Source: an uncultured Lachnospiraceae bacterium
GTDB taxonomy: Bacteria > Bacillota > Clostridia > Lachnospirales > Lachnospiraceae
DNA length: 64,000 nt
Direction: 5' to 3'
NCBI GenBank assembly: GCA_905235435.1
Contig: CAJOLD010000009.1
Span: 16,129-80,128, forward strand
A model generated the notes under the pieces. That model saw only the letters and a program-made list of their open reading frames with translations. It searched no databases and had not been told where the DNA came from. Position numbers and translations under genes: made by a program. Within the stretch, counting starts at the first letter, position 1; each line of letters opens with the position of its first letter. Positions 39,756 through 49,299 of this stretch are shown here, in pieces.

Positions 39756-40709
39756 TCAGCGCCGTCGCTGCCGATCAGGCCTCCCGTACTCATCGATCTG
39801 GCGTACTACGAACTGCGGATTATTTGATTCACTGAGGAAGATCCTCCCCACATACTCACCGGTCAGACCGAGGAACATCAGGATCACCCCGGAGAAGAAG
39901 CAGATGGCCGCCATCGTGGAGGGCCAGCCCATGGCAGTCATCGGCCGCACGACCTTCCGGATGATGACGCAGATCGCGCCGATCAGTCCCACGGCGGAAA
40001 AGATATAGCCCAGGATCGTCGCGAAATGCAGGGGGACGATCGAGAATCCCATGATGTTCGACCACAGCTGTATGAGCTTTTTGAGCGTATAGTTCGATTT
40101 GCCGACCTCCCGCTCGAAATGTTCCACGGGGACCGACGCGATATTCGTCGTGATCCGCAAAAACACGCCCTGCATATGGGTGAAAGCGTTCTGGTAGGTG
40201 ACCGCGTAATCTCTGACGAAACGGCGGACGGCCCAGAAACTCGATGTCTTCAGGTCCTTCGGCTTTTTCAGAAGGATCCGCACCGTCATATAGTTTATAT
40301 AACTTCCGAAATTGCGGAACTTACTGTGCTTTTTCTCCGGATAGTATCCATAGACGATATCATAGCCCTCGTCCAGCTTTCCGAGAATCTTCGGCAGCTG
40401 GGACGGATGGGTCTGCATGTCGTCGTCCATCGCGATAATAATGTCCCCGCGGGCAAAATTGAGCCCCGCCATGACGGCGTTGTGCTGGCCCGCGTTCTTC
40501 GCGAGCTCAATGACACGGACATTTTTATAGTCGTTCACAAGCCCGCGCAGGGCACGCACGGTCTTTCCTTCATCCGGGGAGCAGTCGTCGACCAGGACAA
40601 ATTCCACATCTCCCCTGTCCATCCGCCCGAACTCCTCCATCGTGAGCTCGACGACCCTGCGGATCGTCTGGTCGGACTTATAACAGGGAATGATCACCGA
40701 GTGAAGCAT
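39756..40709 (-). CDS. polyprenyl-phosphate glycosyltransferase (GT2, GtrB/CsbB/ArnC-like)
   Basis: ORF trimmed to ATG 40709, with AGGAGG 6 nt upstream. It has a GT-A N-domain (VIIPCYKSDQTI, VDDCSPD, AMDDDMQ) plus two C-terminal TM helices, which is the GtrB architecture. Confidence 0.78.
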   Translation of the reverse strand: MLHSVIIPCYKSDQTIRRVVELTMEEFGRMDRGDVEFVLVDDCSPDEGKTVRALRGLVNDYKNVRVIELAKNAGQHNAVMAGLNFARGDIIIAMDDDMQTHPSQLPKILGKLDEGYDIVYGYYPEKKHSKFRNFGSYINYMTVRILLKKPKDLKTSSFWAVRRFVRDYAVTYQNAFTHMQGVFLRITTNIASVPVEHFEREVGKSNYTLKKLIQLWSNIMGFSIVPLHFATILGYIFSAVGLIGAICVIIRKVVRPMTAMGWPSTMAAICFFSGVILMFLGLTGEYVGRIFLSESNNPQFVVRQIDEYGRPDRQRRR

Positions 40710-40803
40710 GTTTCGCCTCCTCATCTTTCAGTTTCAAAATAATAAGGTATATCTTATTTATTTTATCAGAACGGCCGCCAAAAGTACAGATAATTGTATC
40801 TGC

Positions 40804-41430
40804 TCAGTATTCGCCCTGGGTAAAGAACATCCCGCGCAGCACCTTCCCCACCTTCTTGTAAAGCAGGAAGGTGATCAGGCAGGTCGCGCCGAACTTTACG
40901 AGATTGAACGGGAATACGGAAAGCAGCATCATCGTCGTCATACTCTTGATCTTCGGATCGATCGCTGTGCCCATGGCGATGATCGCCTCCAGCGGAATCC
41001 CGTAGAGCTTTGAGTACAGCGGGAACATGACCAGGGCGTCGATAAAAACGTAAGCGATGCTGACGGTGACGGTCGAAATGGCCATTGCCCATAAGGCGCC
41101 CTTCTTCGTCCGGTCGCGCTTATAGATCAGGGCTGCCGTGACCACAAAGATCGTACTTCCCACAAGATTGGAGAGTTCTCCGACGAATGCCGTTTTTGTG
41201 CCGTTGATCACAAGGTTTAACAGGATCTTGACCAGGATGACCGAAAAGCCGGCGGCCGGACCCATAAAGAAACCCGCGAACAGTGCCGGCACCTCCGCGA
41301 TATCAAATTCCAGGAAAGAGGGGGCAATCGGCAGCGGAAAACTGATCAGCATGAGCACCGTTGAGAGGGCTCCCAGCATCCCGACAAAAGTGACCGTCTT
41401 CGCGCCAAACTTCTTTTTTGTGTTTTTCAT
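40804..41430 (-). CDS. ribU: ECF-transporter S component for riboflavin
   Basis: 208-aa six-TM protein directly downstream of an FMN riboswitch. The ECF S-component pattern is present (FPLPIAPSFLEFDIAEVPALFAGF). Confidence 0.8.
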   Translation of the reverse strand: MKNTKKKFGAKTVTFVGMLGALSTVLMLISFPLPIAPSFLEFDIAEVPALFAGFFMGPAAGFSVILVKILLNLVINGTKTAFVGELSNLVGSTIFVVTAALIYKRDRTKKGALWAMAISTVTVSIAYVFIDALVMFPLYSKLYGIPLEAIIAMGTAIDPKIKSMTTMMLLSVFPFNLVKFGATCLITFLLYKKVGKVLRGMFFTQGEY

Positions 41431-41497
41431 TTTGCTTAGTCCTTTCCCTCCAGCGCCTTATTCTTTCCGATGCGCGCCTTTTCTGCGCCCGGAGAAT

Positions 41498-41540
41498 AAA
41501 AAACTCTGCTGATCCGCGCCGTGCGCAATGATCAACAGAG
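41498..41540 (-). terminator. FMN-riboswitch expression-platform terminator
   Basis: On the minus strand the stem CTCTGTTGATC / GATCAGCAGAG is followed by TTTTTT. It lies between the aptamer and ribU. Confidence 0.75.
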
Positions 41541-41544
41541 CCTT

Positions 41545-41712
41545 ATCTTCTCCCATCCGGACTTCTCCCCTCTCCGGACGCTTACGCGCCTGAAGAAAGG
41601 ATACACCGTCGGTACCGGAATTCCACCGGTTCGTGCAGCAGAGGCAAAGGCCGGTCTGCGCTCGCGGACTGTGACCGCCGGTGGGGAATCTCACCCCGCC
41701 CTGAAGACCTGA
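41545..41712 (-). promoter_or_regulatory. FMN riboswitch (RFN element) aptamer
   Basis: The minus strand carries the conserved RFN blocks CUUCAGGGCGGGGUGAGAUUCCCCACCGGCGGU, AGUCCGCGAGC, AACCGGUGGAAUUCCGGUACCGACGGU and AGUCCGGAUGGGAGAAG. Confidence 0.92.
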
Positions 41713-41733
41713 TTATTGAATATTACAAGAACA

Positions 41734-41762
41734 ACTATAGCACGGCTGCTTCCGCAAGTAAA
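41734..41762 (-). promoter_or_regulatory. promoter driving the FMN riboswitch/ribU
   Basis: Minus strand: TTTACT, 17-nt spacer, TATAGT. It ends about 20 nt before the aptamer. Confidence 0.55.
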
Positions 41763-41778
41763 CAATAACCTTGCGGCG

Positions 41779-44505
41779 TTAACCGTTCTTTTTGCGGCCG
41801 CGCCGCGAAGCTGCCAGGAGCAGGACGAAAAGGACCAGTCCCGCCAGGGAAATGACCGTGCCGGCCGTAAGGCCGGGCGAAATATAGCGCAGCTCGATGC
41901 TGTGCTCCCCGGGCCCCAGAAGAAGGCCCGTATACATGCCGTTTACGCGCCGCAGGGCCGTCTGCTCCCCGTCGACAGATGCCTTCCAGCCCTCGCGCCA
42001 CGGGATGGAGAGAATGAGCATGCGGTCTTTGTCAAGATCGATCGTCCCGGACACTTCGCCGCCTTCGATATGCAGGTTTTCCATGCTGCACGCGGAAAGC
42101 TCCCGGATCCGCTCCGTAATGCCGGAAACCGGCACGTAATAAAAACGCATGCCTTTCAGCCGGTATCCTCCTTTTTCGGGGAAGGATACCTTCAGTCTCT
42201 GCGTACCGTCCTCCGCAAAATTGCCGAGGCAGACGAGGTAATCCTTTCTGCCCAGAGAGTAGGTCCCGCCTGTGCTGCGCAGCGTGATCATCTTGGTAAG
42301 CCCCGGCGTGTCGAGGCGGACGAAGCTGTACTCTTTGTTCCTGTAGAGACCCTCAAAGTATACATAGCATTCGCATCCGGCCTTAAACGGCATCTCGACT
42401 TCAAAGCTGCCGCCCGCCTCCCTGACCTTTACGCCCTTTTTGGTCAGCTCCGTGTTCTCCCCGGATCCGGGAAGCTGCACCTTTTCCTCTGTGATGTCTG
42501 TCCCGGTCTGCAAGGCCTGCCTGAGCGCACTCTCCGCCTCCGGATCTTCCCCGGAGAGAACGGCGCCCTGCAGCATGGCCTGCTGTTTTTCGAGGGACGA
42601 CATTTCCGAAAAGTCCTGCGCGGACACGTAAGCGTCCGCGGCGTAACCGAAGGGAAGCGGCTGCGTATTTTCATATACGAGCAGCTCCTCGCCCGAGAGA
42701 TCTTCGCGCGGCACAAAGCCCGCGGGCACGGTCCTCTCCTCGCCCGGAAGCGTCAGGAAGTAGCGGACGTTCGCCATCGCCTCAAGGGCTGTCTGTCCGT
42801 CCATGGAGAACAGGCGGTGGACCGCGTTGATGCCGATGCTGTCAAGATCGCGCAGGGTATCGATGACCGCCGTATTCAGGACGCTGTTGTACATGGATGT
42901 GCCGTGATAGCCGAGGATCAGCGATCCATTCTCCTCTCCCGTCGTCATAAAGGAGGTGTCGGCGCGCCAGAAGCTGCCGTCATCCAGAGCCCCCAGGACG
43001 GCATACTTTGAATCCGCATAGTACGAGTACAGGCTGCCCGCGTCCGAATAGGCTGCCGTGCCGTAGGTATGACTGGAATCGGCAGGGCCGAAGTTTGCCC
43101 GCGCATACAGGAAAGCGCACGCAAGGATCAGGACGGGAAGGCCGAAACGGCAGCAGGCAGCGGCCGCGCCTCTTCCTTTTTTCGAGACCAGAGCCATCAC
43201 GATCATCCAGACAAGGCAGATCACCATCAGGATGACGGCCATGACAAGAAAGGTCTTCTTCTCCCCCTCCGGGGCGGTAAGCGCGCAGATGACCGCGTAG
43301 CCGGCGGTGAGTGCGCCCGTCACCGCGATCTGCAGGATCCGCGGGCACTCCCACTCGCTCCCGCAGGCCGCGAGCGCGCAGGCAAGCGAAAAGGCGATCA
43401 TGTAGGTCCAGCGGTTGCTTACGCCTCCCATTCCGTTCATCAGAAGACCCGCGGCAGGCACCAGGAGCGCCGCCGCCTCGATCACGAGGGAGCCGCGGAG
43501 CGCAAGGAGATCCTTCCCGCCTTTTTTCTTTGTGAACGCCAGGACAGCCGCGGCCAGGGCGGGCGCCGCAAAATTCAGATGCGCGTTGTTTCCCGGGTTT
43601 AAGTACGGGGCAAACAGGTCCGCGATCGTGTTCGTGATCCAGCTTCCGCCATAGGCAAGCAGGGAACCGCTGTAGGCATCCGTCAGCCTTGCGGATTCAA
43701 AAAGCCGCAGCAGCACGGGGAGGAAAAAGACCATGGAGATGGCGGCGCCGCACAGATAATAGAGAATCATCAGAAGGACCCTCTTTGCGCCGGTGCCTGC
43801 CCGCTCTCCCTTTTCTTCTCCCTCAAGAGCCGCGGGAAGCCGCAGGAGAACATAGACCGCCAGCGCGATGCTGCACTGGTACATAAAGTAATAATTGTTG
43901 ATAAAGCCAAGTGCGGTCACCACGATAAAAAGAAGGCACCGCTCTCCCTGCAGGATCTTATCCGCGCAAAGAAGGAGCAGAGGCAGCAGGATCATGGCGG
44001 AAAGGAAGGTGGGATTGGCGATCCCGACCTTGATCACATAGCCGCAGGAAAGGTAGAGGCCCGCGCCCGTCAGCACATAGAAAGGCTTCCATCCGCGATG
44101 CTTTCCGTATGCCGAGAAGGCAAGCCCCGCCAGAAAGAGCCGCAGGACGGTCAGGACATCATACAGCAGCTCCGTGTATCTTCCGGGCACGAAAACGCTC
44201 AGAAGATCCAGCAGATGCAGGCGCATAACGGCCCCCGCGTCATCCCCGAGGCCGATGCAGAAATCATACAGGGGAAGGGAGAATCTTCCGTGCACAAGGC
44301 CGGAGAAGAAATCCCTCAGTGTGTTCCCCATATAGTAGAGATAGGCGTAATACTGCGGACGGCCGTCGGTCGTCCATACCAGGCTCTTCCCTGAAAGAAA
44401 CAGGGGGCCCAGCAGGAAGGCGCAAAGGACGGCAAACAGGATGCAGCAGACGGCAAGAAACCGTTTCCCTGACATTTTCTTTTCTGTTCTGTTACGTTCT
44501 GACAT
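41779..44505 (-). CDS. YfhO-family polytopic membrane glycosyltransferase (GT-C-like)
   Basis: 908 aa with about 13 TM helices followed by a large C-terminal extracytoplasmic domain. The N-terminus FLSGKSLVWTTDGRPQYYAYLYYMGNTLR is typical of YfhO proteins. GAGAGGAA lies upstream of ATG 44505. Confidence 0.8.
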   Translation of the reverse strand: MSERNRTEKKMSGKRFLAVCCILFAVLCAFLLGPLFLSGKSLVWTTDGRPQYYAYLYYMGNTLRDFFSGLVHGRFSLPLYDFCIGLGDDAGAVMRLHLLDLLSVFVPGRYTELLYDVLTVLRLFLAGLAFSAYGKHRGWKPFYVLTGAGLYLSCGYVIKVGIANPTFLSAMILLPLLLLCADKILQGERCLLFIVVTALGFINNYYFMYQCSIALAVYVLLRLPAALEGEEKGERAGTGAKRVLLMILYYLCGAAISMVFFLPVLLRLFESARLTDAYSGSLLAYGGSWITNTIADLFAPYLNPGNNAHLNFAAPALAAAVLAFTKKKGGKDLLALRGSLVIEAAALLVPAAGLLMNGMGGVSNRWTYMIAFSLACALAACGSEWECPRILQIAVTGALTAGYAVICALTAPEGEKKTFLVMAVILMVICLVWMIVMALVSKKGRGAAAACCRFGLPVLILACAFLYARANFGPADSSHTYGTAAYSDAGSLYSYYADSKYAVLGALDDGSFWRADTSFMTTGEENGSLILGYHGTSMYNSVLNTAVIDTLRDLDSIGINAVHRLFSMDGQTALEAMANVRYFLTLPGEERTVPAGFVPREDLSGEELLVYENTQPLPFGYAADAYVSAQDFSEMSSLEKQQAMLQGAVLSGEDPEAESALRQALQTGTDITEEKVQLPGSGENTELTKKGVKVREAGGSFEVEMPFKAGCECYVYFEGLYRNKEYSFVRLDTPGLTKMITLRSTGGTYSLGRKDYLVCLGNFAEDGTQRLKVSFPEKGGYRLKGMRFYYVPVSGITERIRELSACSMENLHIEGGEVSGTIDLDKDRMLILSIPWREGWKASVDGEQTALRRVNGMYTGLLLGPGEHSIELRYISPGLTAGTVISLAGLVLFVLLLAASRRGRKKNG

Positions 44506-44518
44506 AATGGTTCCTCTC

Positions 44519-45553
44519 TTATTTTGTTCCGGGCAGGGCCCGTTTCTTTTCTCCCAGGATCAGCAGACGGAGCAGCGGCACCCGGCGGACGATCAGCTCT
44601 CCCGCGGCGAGTGGAAGCAGCAGTCCTGCCGCGAAGGAGATCAGGGCACCCGCCCAGGCTCCCAGCCCCGCGGCGGCCCAGGCGATGCGCACAGCCGTAT
44701 GGGCCGCATCCGACATCATATAGATGTCCATGCTTCTTTGCCCGAGGAAGGATACCGCCCTTCCGGCCGCGTTCCCTGTCCGGCAAAGGGCTCTCGCGGC
44801 AGCCAGCGTAAGGCCGATCCCGGCGAGCGCTGTCAGAATGCCGGCCGGGGATGAGCTTCCCATGCCGAGCCCGATGCGCGCCGCGTTTCCGGAAATGAAC
44901 AGGACGGCGCAGGCGATCAGTTCATACCTGCTCTCGCGCCGTGAGCGCAGCTCCCCGAAGAAGATCCCGCAGCCGGGATCCGCACTGTCCTCCGCCGATC
45001 TCGCCGCCATCCCGAAGAAAAAGTAGAAGCCGTTCTGCGCAAGGCGCGAGAGCACTTCCGGATGAAGGCGCGGGGCAAAGAGCACGGCCGCGAGGGCCGC
45101 CGCCGTCACGAAGGGGAGGGTCTTCTCCCGGACGATCAGGGCGCTGATCAGACAGAGCGCGAACAGTACGTACAGGTACCAGAGCATCGTATCCGGGCTC
45201 TCTCCGATCAGGATCCTCCAGGCGTCCCGCAGGGCAAAGGGCTTCTGCGCGTAGCGTGAAAGGAACGCCTTCAGCGGCAGATAGCAGATGCTCACGAAAA
45301 AGTACGGGATCAGCAGGCGCCCCGCGCGTCCCTTCAGCCATCCTGAGACCTGCCGCGGCCCGCGCAGGGAAAGAACGCGGACGCTCACGAACCCGGAGAG
45401 AAAGAAGAAAAGCGGCATATGAAAACTGTATATGACGCTGATCATATTCTCCATCAGCGCGGGCAGCGCGCCGTCCTGGCGGAGCGCATGCCCCAGCACG
45501 ACCAGCACGATGCCGATCCCTCTGGCAAGGTCCACCTGCGGATATCTTTTCAT
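44519..45553 (-). CDS. acyltransferase-3 family membrane O-acyltransferase
   Basis: 344 aa. The N-terminus is VDLARGIGIVLVVLGHA and there are about 10 TM helices. It ends 13 nt before the yfhO-like start. Confidence 0.78.
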   Translation of the reverse strand: MKRYPQVDLARGIGIVLVVLGHALRQDGALPALMENMISVIYSFHMPLFFFLSGFVSVRVLSLRGPRQVSGWLKGRAGRLLIPYFFVSICYLPLKAFLSRYAQKPFALRDAWRILIGESPDTMLWYLYVLFALCLISALIVREKTLPFVTAAALAAVLFAPRLHPEVLSRLAQNGFYFFFGMAARSAEDSADPGCGIFFGELRSRRESRYELIACAVLFISGNAARIGLGMGSSSPAGILTALAGIGLTLAAARALCRTGNAAGRAVSFLGQRSMDIYMMSDAAHTAVRIAWAAAGLGAWAGALISFAAGLLLPLAAGELIVRRVPLLRLLILGEKKRALPGTK

Positions 45554-45654
45554 AAAAGCATTCCTCCCTGATTCTCCGCGGGATCCTGTCCGCGGAGCCT
45601 TCGTTTTGCATTATCGTACAGTTTATCAGAAAAAACGCGGTTAAACAATATTTA

Positions 45655-45683
45655 TTGACTTTTCCTTTCTACTTTATTATTAT
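45655..45683 (+). promoter_or_regulatory. promoter of the L,D-transpeptidase gene
   Basis: TTGACT, 17-nt spacer, TATTAT, in an AT-rich intergenic region about 50 nt upstream of ATG 45734. Confidence 0.6.
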
Positions 45684-45733
45684 ATCTTTAGTTTATTCTG
45701 AAGATTTTTAAATACAAAAGCAGGAGGTAAACA

Positions 45734-47080
45734 ATGAAAAGACTTCATAAGTTAACGACTTTCATCTGCCTTTTAGCCTTCAGTCTCTTTCTTCTCACGT
45801 TCAGCGCGGCTGCCGAACCCGCAGCGCCCGGGCGTGTCAAGAACCTTACGGCAAAAGGCGGCGAGTCTTCCATCACCTTTTCCTGGAAAAAGGTATCCAC
45901 GGCGAGCGGTTATTACCTTTACCTGGTGAATGAAGACGGCACTTACGATAAGCTGCTCAGTGTCGATGCCTCCAAAAATACCCTTACCCTGAAACGCATC
46001 CACGGCGCGTCTGTGCAGAACGGCACCGATTACACCTTTGCCGTCAGCGCGTACCGCAGGTCCGGCTCATCGGAGGCCGAGGGAACAAAATCCTCAAACG
46101 TAACGGTCCGGCCGATGATCAAGAAGCCCGGCACGCCCAGCCTTACGCTCTCCTCCGTCGGGAACAAAAAAGTGACCCTGACCTGGAACAAAGTCGCAAG
46201 CGCCACAGGCTACCAGATCCTTCAGAAGAATGCAAAAGGAAAATATGTTCCCTTAAATAAGACACTGAAGGCGGGGACCACCAAGGCAACGGTCAAAAAG
46301 CTCACGAACAACAAGGCATATTCCTTCAAGATCCGTGCCGTCCGCAAGGTGAACGGAAAGACCCGCTACGGCAGCTCTTCCGCTCCCGTTTCCGCAACGC
46401 CGTTTTATGTCAACAAAGTCATGAAAGGCGTACATACTTCTTACTTTAACGCGACAGTCACGGCCAACGTGAACGGAAAGCGCAAAGACAACGGAAAGTC
46501 TTATGCCCTTAAAGCCGGACAGCATGTGACCTGCGTATGGAAATCCTATACGCACGCCACCGTCAGAGTGGGAAATAACATCGATGTCGATGTGGCACCG
46601 GGCTATATTCATCTTGATTCCTTCATCCTTGAGAACGATAAGGACTACTCCAAAAAGACGAAGGAAGGCTTTATCAACTACAGAGGCTATTCCAGCCCCT
46701 CCCAATACCTGGTCTGGGTCAGCGTAAGCAGGCAGATGTTCTATCTGTTTACCGGCAGCCAGTGCAACTGGAAGCTCAAATACTCCTGGCAGTGCTCGAC
46801 CGGTATGATCGACTGCAGGACGATGCCCGGCACCTACAGGATCGGCAGAAAGAGCCCGAAGTTTGACTTTGTCCTCGGAGGCTACGCTTACTATGCGTCC
46901 TTCTTCTCCGGCAACGCCATCCACTCATGGCTGTACCACTTCCCCGGACACGAGGCGCTCTATCCCGACAGACAGCTGAGCCGTATTCCGCAGTCTCACG
47001 GCTGTGTGCGTATCGCTACCGCCAATGCCCGCTGGATCTACAGCAATGTGCCCGTCGGAACAACGGTCGTCGTTTACTAA
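45734..47080 (+). CDS. secreted L,D-transpeptidase (YkuD domain) with two FN3-like repeats
   Basis: 448 aa with a signal peptide. Two ~90-aa repeats carry the pattern (V/L)T(F/L)(S/T)W(K/N)KV..A.GY. The C-terminal YkuD catalytic motif is SHGCVRIATANARWIY. Confidence 0.8.
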   Translation: MKRLHKLTTFICLLAFSLFLLTFSAAAEPAAPGRVKNLTAKGGESSITFSWKKVSTASGYYLYLVNEDGTYDKLLSVDASKNTLTLKRIHGASVQNGTDYTFAVSAYRRSGSSEAEGTKSSNVTVRPMIKKPGTPSLTLSSVGNKKVTLTWNKVASATGYQILQKNAKGKYVPLNKTLKAGTTKATVKKLTNNKAYSFKIRAVRKVNGKTRYGSSSAPVSATPFYVNKVMKGVHTSYFNATVTANVNGKRKDNGKSYALKAGQHVTCVWKSYTHATVRVGNNIDVDVAPGYIHLDSFILENDKDYSKKTKEGFINYRGYSSPSQYLVWVSVSRQMFYLFTGSQCNWKLKYSWQCSTGMIDCRTMPGTYRIGRKSPKFDFVLGGYAYYASFFSGNAIHSWLYHFPGHEALYPDRQLSRIPQSHGCVRIATANARWIYSNVPVGTTVVVY

Positions 47081-47083
47081 GCC

Positions 47084-47947
47084 ATGATCCAGGATATCGG
47101 CCCGCATCGTTTTTCACTGGAATACGCGCTTTATACCGCGCGTCCCGAGGACCGCGTCCTCGTCTTTGACGGCGGATCCGCGCTCCTTGACGCGGAGGGC
47201 GGCTGGCCCTGCGCGGGGCAGCTGGAAGAGGTCTTCTCCTCTCCTGCCTTCCCCGGTTCCTTCACGGAAAGCCTGCAGTATCTCTTTACGGCAGATAACG
47301 TCAGGTATTTCCTCTGTATGCAGCCTGATACGGCGGCGGTCCAAAAGGCCGCCGCCGCTTTTGGCTTTCGCACGGTCCCTCTGTCCTCCGTGCGCGCTCT
47401 GCGTCCTATGGTGAACGCCTATATCGGTTATACCGGAAGCCATCTGCACCGCTGGTATTCGCAGCACCGTTTCTGCGGCCGCTGCGGATCTCCCATGGTT
47501 CCCGCCCCGGATGAGCGCAGGCTGGACTGTCCGTCCTGCAAAGCCTCCGTTTACCCGCGCATCGATCCCTGCGTGATCGTCGCCGTCCATGACGGGGACC
47601 GCCTTCTCATGACAAAATATGCCGGCCGCGCCGTCAGCTGGTTCGTCCTCATCGCGGGCTTTATCGAGGTCGGCGAAACTGCCGAGGATGCCGTGCGCAG
47701 GGAAGTCATGGAGGAGGCCGGCGTGGAGGTCACGGACATCCGCTATTACGGCTCCCAGCCCTGGGGGATCCCCGGGAACCTGACGCTCGGCTTCACCGCG
47801 CGGCTCTCGGGCAGTGACGAGATCACGATCGACCGCCGGGAGCTTGCTGACGCCCGCTGGTTTGACCGCAGCGAAGTCCCGGTCCCGGACGATGACGTAT
47901 CCATCACCGCCGCCATGATACGGGATTTCGCGGCCGGAAGGATCTGA
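47084..47947 (+). CDS. nudC: NAD(H) pyrophosphatase (Nudix) NudC
   Basis: 287 aa. The zinc ribbon is CGRCGSPMVPAPDERRLDCPSC, followed by the Nudix box GFIEVGETAEDAVRREVMEEAGV and the SQPW motif. Confidence 0.85.
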   Translation: MIQDIGPHRFSLEYALYTARPEDRVLVFDGGSALLDAEGGWPCAGQLEEVFSSPAFPGSFTESLQYLFTADNVRYFLCMQPDTAAVQKAAAAFGFRTVPLSSVRALRPMVNAYIGYTGSHLHRWYSQHRFCGRCGSPMVPAPDERRLDCPSCKASVYPRIDPCVIVAVHDGDRLLMTKYAGRAVSWFVLIAGFIEVGETAEDAVRREVMEEAGVEVTDIRYYGSQPWGIPGNLTLGFTARLSGSDEITIDRRELADARWFDRSEVPVPDDDVSITAAMIRDFAAGRI

Positions 47948-47978
47948 TCCGCCGCGCCTGCGGCAAAGAAACAAAAAA

Positions 47979-48018
47979 GCCTTCGGAGGATCTTTGCGAT
48001 CCGCCGGAGGCTTTATTT
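47979..48018. terminator. bidirectional terminator between nudC and the convergent membrane-protein gene
   Basis: AAAAAA GCCTTCGGAGGATC tttgc GATCCGCCGGAGGC TTTATTT, with two mismatches in the stem. Confidence 0.7.
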
Positions 48019-48045
48019 GTCCTGTCAGAATGATCTATTCTTCTC

Positions 48046-49299
48046 CTACAGCTGCCCTGCCATATTGTGCAGCAGATTGAAGTAGTAAATGATGCCGTCG
48101 CACAGATGCAGGCCGAAAAGGAAGGCGGGGACGGCGAATTTCAGCTTGATGGCCGCGCCCTTCTGCTCTCCGGGCTTCTCCTCTCTCCAGCGTTTAAAGA
48201 AGTAAATGACACACCAGATCCAAAGCAGGGAGGAACCGATCACATTTCCCCAGCCGAAGTTCCCGTGGGAGGCTCTTGTGCCCGTCTCGGCAAAGGTCCA
48301 GAAGACGAGCAGCCCCAGGATATACTGCCAGAAGCAGATATTGAACAGCTTGTCCTTAAAGACCGTCTTTCTCCAGATGATGACGACCGCGAACGGGAAA
48401 GCCATCCGCAGGATCACGGATACCGGGAAGCAGGGCGACGCCATTTTGGCGACCTTGAAAAGCGCGATCTCAATGCCGCCCGTCGTCTCTGCGCTCGCCG
48501 ATCCTTTCATCACATAGATCTTCAGATACTGGACGAGGAAGAGGGCTGCCGAAGGCAGAAAATACAGATGCTGCCCGATCAGTTTAAAGAACCCGTGCCC
48601 TTTCTGGCGGATCAGCTTAATGAGCGCCGCAAAGAAACACAGCGGGAAATAGATCGTCAGGATGGAGGGTTTGATCAGGGTCGAGACCAGAAGCAGGACG
48701 GCCAGCCAGATCTGATAGACCGTCGTCTTTTTCATCTGCCGTTTTCCGACCTTCACCACCTCGCCCGGATCACACTGCCAGTAGAAGGCGGTCACGATCG
48801 AGATCAGCAGCGCGAAGGGCTTCACAGCCGTCGTCGTCGGGCTGTGCCACGGATTCGGGGAGGACTGCCCATAATAGTACCGCGGATTGAAGAACCGCAG
48901 ATAAAGAGGTCCGACGAGCAGGGAGGAGGCTGATATGAAGGATACCAGCCAGAAGCTCTCCGATCTTCTGTAATCCGGCTTCAGCATGAAATTCGCGAGC
49001 CACACAATGATGACAGCCTCAAACGCGTTGAAGAGCGCCGACGTGATGCTTGCCGCTGTCTCTATGCTGACCGGCATCAGCTCATAGATCAGATAGCAGA
49101 TGATGTGCCATCCGTTGTCGCTGACGCTCATCACTTCCTCAAGAGAAAGGCATTTCTTCATATGCGCCACGACGTCGCTTGCCTTCTCAAGCCGGGCCTC
49201 CTTCATCACCATGATGTAGGTAACGATAAAGATAAAGAGCGGCGCCGCGATATAGACCGCCCTTTTGAACCGCCGTACTCTTACGTTTTCGTCCATCAC
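48046..49299 (-). CDS. polytopic membrane protein of unknown function
   Basis: 417 aa with about 11 predicted TM helices. Its start overlaps the stop of the upstream rhodanese-like gene by 4 nt. No motif assigned with confidence. Confidence 0.6.
   Translation of the reverse strand: MMDENVRVRRFKRAVYIAAPLFIFIVTYIMVMKEARLEKASDVVAHMKKCLSLEEVMSVSDNGWHIICYLIYELMPVSIETAASITSALFNAFEAVIIVWLANFMLKPDYRRSESFWLVSFISASSLLVGPLYLRFFNPRYYYGQSSPNPWHSPTTTAVKPFALLISIVTAFYWQCDPGEVVKVGKRQMKKTTVYQIWLAVLLLVSTLIKPSILTIYFPLCFFAALIKLIRQKGHGFFKLIGQHLYFLPSAALFLVQYLKIYVMKGSASAETTGGIEIALFKVAKMASPCFPVSVILRMAFPFAVVIIWRKTVFKDKLFNICFWQYILGLLVFWTFAETGTRASHGNFGWGNVIGSSLLWIWCVIYFFKRWREEKPGEQKGAAIKLKFAVPAFLFGLHLCDGIIYYFNLLHNMAGQL

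Noticed and set aside
41458-41694. 78-aa ORF on the minus strand upstream of ribU.
   Set aside because: It lies entirely within the FMN riboswitch aptamer and terminator, and its sequence is explained by the RNA element.
44316-45611. Minus-strand ORFs 44316..44786 and 44922..45611, which overlap the acyltransferase and yfhO genes in other frames. I checked them as possible further frameshift fragments.
   Set aside because: Their translations are Arg/Gly/Pro-rich nonsense. The acyltransferase and YfhO ORFs are full length with intact N- and C-termini, so no split is needed.
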